From the NCBI GenBank assembly GCA_046861645.1, contig JBHHUM010000063.1:1-12048 (forward strand): a stretch of DNA of 12,048 bases. Direction: 5' to 3'. The translations under genes were made by a program, and so were the position numbers. Positions 1 through 6,701 of this stretch are shown one piece after another (positions within the stretch are counted from its first letter, which is position 1; the number at the start of each line of letters is the position of its first letter). The stretch comes from Fidelibacterota bacterium. GTDB lineage: Bacteria > Fidelibacterota > Marinisomatia > Marinisomatales > UBA2128. Below the pieces are notes generated by a model. That model was not told the DNA's origin. It did not search any database and saw nothing but the letters and a program-made list of their open reading frames with translations.

Positions 1-1560
1 GCCTATAGTAAACCTGCCAATATGCTTTATAACCTGAAAGGTTATTTAGGCGAGGAGAGATTTCTGAAGGCTATGCAGGCTTATTATGACCAGTGGAAAC
101 TGAAACATCCCAATGAAGAACGTTTCCGCTTTGTCATGGAGAAGGTCACTGATGAGGAACTGGATTGGTTTTTTAACTCTTGGCTTCATGAAAAGGGGTT
201 TGCCGATTATACCCTTTCAGGATGGGACAGAAAGCAATTGTCTAATGGGGAATATGAAGTGACAGCTACAATTATTAACAAGGGTACCATGGAATATCCC
301 TTGGATGTAGAGGTTGAGTTGGCAAATGGTAAAAAGTATCGTCCAGAGAGGTGGACAAATTTTATTAACAATTGGAAAGACAACTACACATTTACAGTAC
401 CCAGTAAACCCAAAAGAATCACACTTGACCCCGATGATTGGATTCTGGATATTGATCGAAGAGATAATTCTTCTGGTTTATTACGGCACAAATTATCCTT
501 ACAATTAAATCCAGCATTTAATAGTCCACGTGATGCCTATAAAGTGACAATATTTCCCTCGCTAATATGGTATCACCCTTTGGATGGTTGGAAACCCGGA
601 CTAATGTTAAATAGAGCTTATGGTTTCTGGACCCACCAGACTTTAAATCTAAGCTATGGTATCAAGTCACAGCGCATTTTCTGGTCATTTGGTTCCTCTC
701 ATGACTTGCGTAATATCTTGCCAGGAGTGAACCTGAGCTGGGGCATTTCAGAACTGGAAGGAGTAAAGAGCAGAGAAATTCAAATTGACCATTTCTGGAG
801 TAAGTGGTACCATTATCCTCCTACGTTCAGCTTTTCTGGTGGTTACCAGGTGACAACTGCTGACGGATCAAATTATACCGACCTCTACGAGGCTGGAACA
901 GTAGGATTGCTTTTTGGAAATGTAGGTCTTTCGGTAAAAGTAGGATATTTTAATAGCGAAATTAACATTGCTATCTCGTCCTCGGGAGGCAGCATTAGTG
1001 ATTGGGATTTTTCCAGGTTAATTATATCGGGGAAATTCAGTACCAGTAAGGATAAGGTACACCTGGCATTTAGGTTCATGGGAGGGGGTACAGCAGTAGG
1101 TAGTGAGGGGTTACCGATTCAAGAGAAATTCACCATTCAATCAGCAGGAGCTGCTGATTATTATCACTGGTCTCATTTACGGCATAGGGACATCCTTTCT
1201 GGTTTGCGGGATCATTTTCACATCTACGGTGATGCCAATCTCCGAGGCTATTATGCCCATGGATATGAAGGAGCAGAGTCGGTGATCGTCTCCACTCTGG
1301 AGGCTGGTTATCAACTATTTTCATCTCTAAAAGTGAGAAGCTTTTTTGATGGGGGATGGCTCTGGAGTGTAGCAGATAACTTCGAAGGTGATTTGCTGAT
1401 GGATGCTGGAGTTGGATTTAGTTTTAAACCTGATTTCAATTTCTATGGTTATAGTATCAGTTTGAGGATTGACTTTCCTTTTTGGATAAGTGAAGAGACA
1501 GCAGACCAATCAGAAGTAGATTTCAACCGTTGGTTAATTAGTTTCCAAAAAGGATTGTAG
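1..1560 (+). CDS. 5'-truncated M1-family zinc aminopeptidase (C-terminal part) fused to an Omp85/BamA-like outer-membrane beta-barrel
   Basis: Frame is open from base 1 (AYSKPANMLYNLKGYLGEERFLKAMQAYYDQWKLKHP), matching the M1 'YxK(G/P)..L..L...G...F..A...Y...W..KHP' segment with the catalytic Tyr. It is followed by 'LDWFFNSW' and an Ig-like domain ending 'LDPDDWILDIDRRDN'. The C-terminal ~350 aa are amphipathic beta-strands with Omp85 hallmarks LRGY (1240-1251), FFDGG (1342-1356), DAGVGF and LRIDFPF. The HExxH motif would lie upstream of the window; the ATG at 22 is internal. Confidence 0.8.
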   Translation, partial: AYSKPANMLYNLKGYLGEERFLKAMQAYYDQWKLKHPNEERFRFVMEKVTDEELDWFFNSWLHEKGFADYTLSGWDRKQLSNGEYEVTATIINKGTMEYPLDVEVELANGKKYRPERWTNFINNWKDNYTFTVPSKPKRITLDPDDWILDIDRRDNSSGLLRHKLSLQLNPAFNSPRDAYKVTIFPSLIWYHPLDGWKPGLMLNRAYGFWTHQTLNLSYGIKSQRIFWSFGSSHDLRNILPGVNLSWGISELEGVKSREIQIDHFWSKWYHYPPTFSFSGGYQVTTADGSNYTDLYEAGTVGLLFGNVGLSVKVGYFNSEINIAISSSGGSISDWDFSRLIISGKFSTSKDKVHLAFRFMGGGTAVGSEGLPIQEKFTIQSAGAADYYHWSHLRHRDILSGLRDHFHIYGDANLRGYYAHGYEGAESVIVSTLEAGYQLFSSLKVRSFFDGGWLWSVADNFEGDLLMDAGVGFSFKPDFNFYGYSISLRIDFPFWISEETADQSEVDFNRWLISFQKGL

Positions 1561-1973
1561 GGATATTGTTAATGGGATTATTATTAAAATATATTCTTTA
1601 AGTTATGTATAATTATTAGTGGCTAATTGTGATAATTCTCGTTATACATTACCCATAGAAAATGATACAGACGAGTGAATTGATATGTCTTGAAGTTACC
1701 GGTAATAAAATGCCAAGGAGAAGTCTATCAGGAAAAATCTAAGGATTAAATTAAAAGAAGTGCTGGAGTTTATTCCCAACAGGAACGATGCTTTTCAGGA
1801 GGGCGTGGATAAAGAACAGGATATTAGAGAGGAAATAGGGGAAGGCAGCGTTAAACATCTTTGTAGAAAGAGATTTATTGAGTGAATGAGAAGATGCAGG
1901 ATTCTAGAATTAAAGCCCATCATATAATTATCAGTAAAGACTCCAAATATTTTGATAATAGATAAAATCATTT

Positions 1974-1980
1974 AAGAGGA
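1974..1980 (+). promoter_or_regulatory. Shine-Dalgarno site (AAGAGGA) for the ATG at 1987
   Basis: AAGAGGA lies 6 nt before ATG 1987 and directly abuts the TTG at 1981, which favours 1987 as the start. Confidence 0.6.
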
Positions 1981-1986
1981 TTGAAA

Positions 1987-3111
1987 ATGATAATAAAAAA
2001 CTACTCAATCATTTTATTTGTGATACTGTTTATTTTTGGATGCGAAGATAATGTACAGGAGTCAGGGGAAATCTATAAGGTTTATGTTGCTTACCAGAGT
2101 TCTGACAGGGTCGCAGTTTTTAATGGTGAAACAGGTGAGCCGATAAGGGAAGTGGATGTTGATATCACTCCTAATGTAGCAGATAATCCCCATTATATTG
2201 TCATTGATGAAGTACATAAGGTATGGTTCGTCACGTTAATTTCTTCCGGTTATGTGCTCAAGTACGACCTGTTAACAGATAATTTATTAGATTCTGTATT
2301 TGTTGGGAATCAACCGGCACTTATGGAGATTGATCCTGAAGGGAAATATCTGTATGTATCCCGTTTCATGCCCATGATGGGTATAGGAACAGCTTCTACA
2401 TTTGTACATCGCATAGATTTGGAAACCATGGATATCGACAGTGTAAATGTTGGTGCTGCTTCGCCTCATGGAATTGCTCTCAACAATGATGGAAGTGAGC
2501 TTTGGGTGGCGAGTAATCAGGCGTCTCATTTCTTCAGGATCGAAACTGAAAGATTCACTGAATCGGGCTATGAACCAGTGAGTTACAAGATTGGCAGTGA
2601 TGTTCCTGATGCTATTGGAATTAATGATGGCATATACGAAGCACTGGAACTTGTGATTTCACCCGATGGTGAAAAATTATTCATGAGTTGTTCTGACATT
2701 GGAGTAAATCAAATTCGAGTTTTTTCAACTACCACTGGTGATTCGTTGGGTGCCTATTCGCTGGGGATGATGGGGATGCAACCTTGGCATCTAATAACTG
2801 ATCCTGTGGGAGACTATGTTTATGTAGCCTGTCGTATGGCAAACGATATAGCTGTAATTAATTTGGGCTCTGATACGGGTCAAATCACTTTCATCGAGGA
2901 TGACCTAATGGATACTCCTCATGGCATTGGGGTTTCATCGAAAGGTGATCGTCTATTTGTTACTGGAAGTGCAATGATGAGTGGTAGTAAAAGCTATCTC
3001 CATATCATCGATACGGAAACCAATTTAGTCATCGAAAATGTCTTTTTGGGTGAGGGAGTAATAGCCACAGGATTAGCAGTAATGCAAACTACTTGTAATG
3101 GTTGTGATTGA
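1987..3111 (+). CDS. YVTN/YncE-family beta-propeller lipoprotein, His/Met-rich, with C-terminal CxxC
   Basis: Signal peptide with lipobox-like IFG-C (MIIKNYSIILFVILFIFGC). About 7 blades with repeats such as PHYIVID..VWFVT, PALMEIDPEGKYLYVS, PHGIALNNDGSELWVAS, LELVISPDGEKLFMS, PWHLITDPVGDYVYVA and PHGIGVSSKGDRLFVT. Ends TTCNGCD. 374 aa from ATG 1987. Confidence 0.85.
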   Translation: MIIKNYSIILFVILFIFGCEDNVQESGEIYKVYVAYQSSDRVAVFNGETGEPIREVDVDITPNVADNPHYIVIDEVHKVWFVTLISSGYVLKYDLLTDNLLDSVFVGNQPALMEIDPEGKYLYVSRFMPMMGIGTASTFVHRIDLETMDIDSVNVGAASPHGIALNNDGSELWVASNQASHFFRIETERFTESGYEPVSYKIGSDVPDAIGINDGIYEALELVISPDGEKLFMSCSDIGVNQIRVFSTTTGDSLGAYSLGMMGMQPWHLITDPVGDYVYVACRMANDIAVINLGSDTGQITFIEDDLMDTPHGIGVSSKGDRLFVTGSAMMSGSKSYLHIIDTETNLVIENVFLGEGVIATGLAVMQTTCNGCD

Positions 3112-3114
3112 GAG

Positions 3115-3120
3115 AAAGGA
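3115..3120 (+). promoter_or_regulatory. Shine-Dalgarno site (AAAGGA) for the ATG at 3127
   Basis: AAAGGA lies 6 nt upstream of the ATG, in the 15-nt gap between the two lipoprotein genes. Confidence 0.55.
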
Positions 3121-3126
3121 TTAGAT

Positions 3127-4434
3127 ATGAAATGGAGATATTTTGAGTTGATATTTGCTTTCTTTGCACTGGGAATTTTTTCCTGTAGTAGTGAAGGAAA
3201 TGGTGAGAAAGCACTCGAGGTGCCTTCTCCACAGGAAACTATCAATTTAACTGACTTCAAAGAAGCGGTATCATGTAAGCCCTGTCATCCGGTACAATAT
3301 GAAGAATGGCAATATTCAATGCACGCCTATTCAATGAAAGACCCTGTTTTTCATTCTGGTTGGGAAGGGGAGAAAACTCACCGCCCTGATACTGGAGAAC
3401 GCTTTTGTATTCAGTGTCACAGTCCATATGCTTATGTTACTGGAAGTGAAGTTGACACTACAGTTGCCCAGATAGCCGAAGGCATAGGGTGCGATCTTTG
3501 CCATACAATGGTCGCATCTCATGATCAAATCATTACTGATGACAATGTAGCTGCTTCGGCTGAATACTTCCTAAATGCTGAAAAGGATATCAGGTTTGGT
3601 GAAATCATGGATCCAGTAGATAACGGATTTCACGAGAGTGTGGGAATCGCTTTTTTCAACTCTTCCCGGGCTTGTCTGCCCTGTCACGATTTTATTATCC
3701 GTGGTGTGGATGCTGAGATCACGTTTTCTGAGTGGGCCGGGTCTGGTTTCGCCGCTATGTCAATGGAATGTCAATCCTGCCATATGCAGGAATATGAGGG
3801 CTATGCAGCAGATCCGATAGCAAATCCTGGAGTTCCCAAAAGAATTATTCATGACCATAGTATGGTGGGAGTTGATCTTGACCTTAAAAAATCATTGGCT
3901 GACAATCCTCAGGGGGAAGCGGTGGTTGACCTCCTGCAGTCCGCTGCTGTTCTGGACTTAACAGATTCTCCTACGATTGTTAATGATACCCTTCAACTTT
4001 CTTTTACGATTCAGAATTTGACAGGACACAGTTTTCCTACAGGTGTCTCTTTCGTAAGGGAGTTGTGGATGGAACTGCAGGTTTATGATGAGTCCCAAGT
4101 ATACTTTTCATCGGGTATATTGGAGACGGATTCCAGCGATCTGGGAGAAGAAGTCGAAATTTTTAATGCGGAATTGTTTGATGGACAGGGCATAGCTGGT
4201 GTTGGAGTTACAGATGTAGTTTCCATGACCAATAACTCGCTGCAAGCTAATGAAGCCAGGGTGAAAACATTCTCCACTCCAATCACATCAGCTACAGATT
4301 CTATAACAGTTGCAGCTCGCTTACTTTTCCGATCATTTCCTCCTTCATCTCTGAGAGAGCAACATCAGGATTTACTGGCAAATTTACCAGTCATTACCAT
4401 TGATAGTCTCTCTTTCTCAATCGCTATACCCTGA
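3127..4434 (+). CDS. Multiheme (5x CxxCH) c-type cytochrome lipoprotein, cytochrome c554/c552-like, with C-terminal beta-sandwich
   Basis: Lipobox-like IFS-C. Heme motifs CKPCH (3274-3288), CIQCH (3406-3420), CDLCH (3490-3504), CLPCH (3673-3687) and CQSCH (3769-3783). Family-typical 'QYEEWQYSMHA', 'TFSEW..S', 'HDHSMVG' and 'N.TGHSFPTG...RELW'. Confidence 0.9.
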   Translation: MKWRYFELIFAFFALGIFSCSSEGNGEKALEVPSPQETINLTDFKEAVSCKPCHPVQYEEWQYSMHAYSMKDPVFHSGWEGEKTHRPDTGERFCIQCHSPYAYVTGSEVDTTVAQIAEGIGCDLCHTMVASHDQIITDDNVAASAEYFLNAEKDIRFGEIMDPVDNGFHESVGIAFFNSSRACLPCHDFIIRGVDAEITFSEWAGSGFAAMSMECQSCHMQEYEGYAADPIANPGVPKRIIHDHSMVGVDLDLKKSLADNPQGEAVVDLLQSAAVLDLTDSPTIVNDTLQLSFTIQNLTGHSFPTGVSFVRELWMELQVYDESQVYFSSGILETDSSDLGEEVEIFNAELFDGQGIAGVGVTDVVSMTNNSLQANEARVKTFSTPITSATDSITVAARLLFRSFPPSSLREQHQDLLANLPVITIDSLSFSIAIP

Positions 4435-4460
4435 AAAGAGATGATCGGTAACTGCTTTTT

Positions 4461-6554
4461 TTGGTGGCCGATACCCAGTTGAGAAAGATATCCGATCTGA
4501 TATTTAGAGTTCTTTTCCTTTCCTCAATACTTCTTCCACAGTCCTTCCAAAGAGAAGTTAACCCTTTCCCTGTCATCATTGAAGATGACGAATTGAAAGT
4601 CCCCTTTTTAGGTGGCTTCAATAAACCAGCTCCACAATTTCTCGATTGGAATGGAGATGGGTTGGTGGATATGTTTGTACGGGATGTGGATGGTCGAATT
4701 CAATATTTCTCGAACGTTGGATCTCTTCAGCACCCTGAGTTTGAATTACAGACAAAGTCTTTTCAGGATCTTTATGTTGGTCATTGGTTTCATTTCTTTG
4801 ATTATGATCACGATGGTGATATTGACCTTATGGCTGGTCCACAAAGCCCTGATGTGTCTCTGTTTGAGAATATAGGAGATAGCTTAATACAAGTTGTAGC
4901 ACATTTGATAGATGATAACTCTGTAGCTGTCTATGGGGGACAGATAGTGATCCCCACTGTAGCCGACATTGACGGAGATGGATGGGAAGATTTTTTTGTT
5001 GGAGGTATATCAGGCTCTGTTACTTATTATCGAAATACAGGATTAACCGATGGGGTGCCGGTTTATCATTTAGAGACAAACTCATTTGAGGATATCCTTA
5101 TTGTGTGGGTGCCGGGTAGATATTCTCGTCATGGAGCCAATGCCTTGGAGTTCTACGATATTGATCAAGATGTTGATCTTGATCTTTTCTGGGGTGATTA
5201 TTATCAACCTGGACTTTTTTTCCTGGAGAACTTCGGTACTCCTAATGATCCGGAAATACCTGATAGTCTTATGGTTGATACCTATCCACCATCAGATCCC
5301 GTAAATAGTGCTGGTTTTAATGTACCCCGTTTGGTAGATCTTAATAACGATGGAGAAGCAGAACTCTTTGTGGGCGTCCAGTCTGGAGCTTATGGTACCG
5401 ATTATAAAGATAATTTCTGGTATTATGAGCCGTTAGGATCAGGAGATTTTGATCTGGTAACCAAGAATTATTTTGCGACTATAGATTTTATTTCCAGTAC
5501 CAATCCAACTTTAGCAGATATTGACGCTGATGGTGATTTTGATCTTTTTGTCGGTAATGAGTTTGATGATTCTAATCCAGGCTGGAACGGTGATATCTAT
5601 TTCTTTGAAAATACTGGTACACCCTTTGATCCACGTTTTGTTTTAGTAGACAGTACTTTTTTTGAGGAAGGTTTGGGAAATAATATGGCACCTGCTTTTG
5701 GAGATTTGGATGCTGATGGTGATCTGGATGCTCTGGTGGGAGATTACAATGGTGAGATTTCCTTTTACCTGAATGAGGGTCAACCTGATTTGCCTAACTT
5801 CAGTTATCAGGGGAAATTCCTGGAAATTGACTTGGCCGGGCGAGCTTCCCCTACCTTAGGAGATATAGATGGCAACGGCACTCTCGAACTTTTTGTGGGG
5901 GATAAGAATGGTACTGTGCATGTATGGCATAATGAAGGTGATCCGATAAACTATAACTTTGTGAAGATAAGTGACGATTTATTTGAAGGAGAAAACTTAG
6001 GATTGGAGATTTCCCTTGAGTTATCAGATTTCGACTTTGATGGAGAATTAGATTTGCTCATTGGGAATAAAGAAGGCGAAATCTATTTAGCCGATCCTTC
6101 AGGAGGAGAATTCCATAAGTTTGAGAAGTTCCCCCATTCTGGTCTGAACCTATCGATGACGTCAGGAGATGTGAATGGGGATGGATTGATGGATTTGATC
6201 GTTGGGTCTAATGAAGGAGGTTTACAGTTCTTTAGTGTGGGAGAAGAATCATCAATCGACAGTGAACCTTTGCCATCAAATCCCTCTCTGGTCGTTTGTT
6301 ATCCCAATCCATTTAACAGTAATACCATTTTTCGTTTCTCTGCAGATATTCCTGTTAACTCTAAATTAGTTATTTATGACCTTCTTGGTCGAAGGGTAGA
6401 GCAAATGAACATCCCAGATTTCAGAAACAACTCAATTCAAGTAGTATGGGAAACGAGTGAATTAGCTTCGGGGCAATATATCTGGCAGTTAATAAAAATT
6501 ACTGGAGCAAGTAAGCTGACATTGGATAGTGGTAAGCTGATGCTCCTGAAGTGA
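4461..6554 (+). CDS. FG-GAP/VCBS-repeat Ca2+-binding secreted protein with T9SS type-A-like (Por secretion tail/FlgD Ig) C-terminal domain
   Basis: Ten DxDxDGxxDL-type motifs (DWNGDGLVD, DYDHDGDID, DIDGDGWED, DIDQDVDLD, DLNNDGEAE, DIDADGDFD, DLDADGDLD, DIDGNGTLE, DFDFDGELD, DVNGDGLMD). N-terminal hydrophobic signal and C-terminal 'YPNPFNS...IYDLLGR...LASGQY...KLMLLK' (~6300-6554). The start is uncertain (TTG 4461, GTG 4464 or TTG 4479). Confidence 0.85.
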   Translation: MVADTQLRKISDLIFRVLFLSSILLPQSFQREVNPFPVIIEDDELKVPFLGGFNKPAPQFLDWNGDGLVDMFVRDVDGRIQYFSNVGSLQHPEFELQTKSFQDLYVGHWFHFFDYDHDGDIDLMAGPQSPDVSLFENIGDSLIQVVAHLIDDNSVAVYGGQIVIPTVADIDGDGWEDFFVGGISGSVTYYRNTGLTDGVPVYHLETNSFEDILIVWVPGRYSRHGANALEFYDIDQDVDLDLFWGDYYQPGLFFLENFGTPNDPEIPDSLMVDTYPPSDPVNSAGFNVPRLVDLNNDGEAELFVGVQSGAYGTDYKDNFWYYEPLGSGDFDLVTKNYFATIDFISSTNPTLADIDADGDFDLFVGNEFDDSNPGWNGDIYFFENTGTPFDPRFVLVDSTFFEEGLGNNMAPAFGDLDADGDLDALVGDYNGEISFYLNEGQPDLPNFSYQGKFLEIDLAGRASPTLGDIDGNGTLELFVGDKNGTVHVWHNEGDPINYNFVKISDDLFEGENLGLEISLELSDFDFDGELDLLIGNKEGEIYLADPSGGEFHKFEKFPHSGLNLSMTSGDVNGDGLMDLIVGSNEGGLQFFSVGEESSIDSEPLPSNPSLVVCYPNPFNSNTIFRFSADIPVNSKLVIYDLLGRRVEQMNIPDFRNNSIQVVWETSELASGQYIWQLIKITGASKLTLDSGKLMLLK

Positions 6555-6556
6555 AT

Positions 6557-6572
6557 GAGATAATGTTATCTC
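6557..6572. promoter_or_regulatory. Perfect 7-2-7 palindrome GAGATAA-TG-TTATCTC, possible operator
   Basis: Exact inverted repeat immediately after the stop at 6554 and upstream of the C25 gene. The 2-nt spacer and lack of a U-tract fit a DNA site better than a terminator. Function is inferred. Confidence 0.3.
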
Positions 6573-6701
6573 CGTCACAAATAAATCCAAGCTGTTATCA
6601 TATTATTGGAGAGGAAATTTAGTAAAAAAAGCTTAAGTTTGGCGACTATTGAAAAACTCCATTCATTTAGATTAAAATTAAACTTCATGGAAGTTAGAGA
6701 A

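Noticed and set aside
1795..1971. 58-codon minus-strand ORF in the intergenic gap (MILSIIKIFG...STPS)
   Set aside because: No RBS or recognisable motif; low-complexity Ser/Leu composition from a pyrimidine-rich strand.
3109..3129. The propeller and cytochrome genes are in the same frame, separated by a single TGA (CNGCD-TGA-EKGLD-M), suggesting selenocysteine or readthrough fusion
   Set aside because: No SECIS-like hairpin is visible after the TGA, and the downstream gene has its own RBS and lipoprotein signal peptide. Same-frame adjacency occurs by chance about one time in three.
1987..4434. Assignment as nirS, nosZ, nrfA or hao
   Set aside because: The propeller has no heme c or CuA domain, and the cytochrome has five CxxCH with no CxxCK and not eight hemes. 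No gene symbol is justified.
4435..4472. T7 run and weak inverted repeats (AAAAG/CTTTT, ATCGG/CCGAT) between the cytochrome and FG-GAP genes as a terminator or phase-variable tract
   Set aside because: No stable GC-rich stem directly precedes the T-run, and a 7-nt homopolymer is unremarkable at this composition.
6606..6701. N-terminal extension of the C25 ORF from TTG 6606
   Set aside because: ATG 6702 begins a typical signal peptide. The extension is AT-rich and intergenic-like and contains a promoter-like element.
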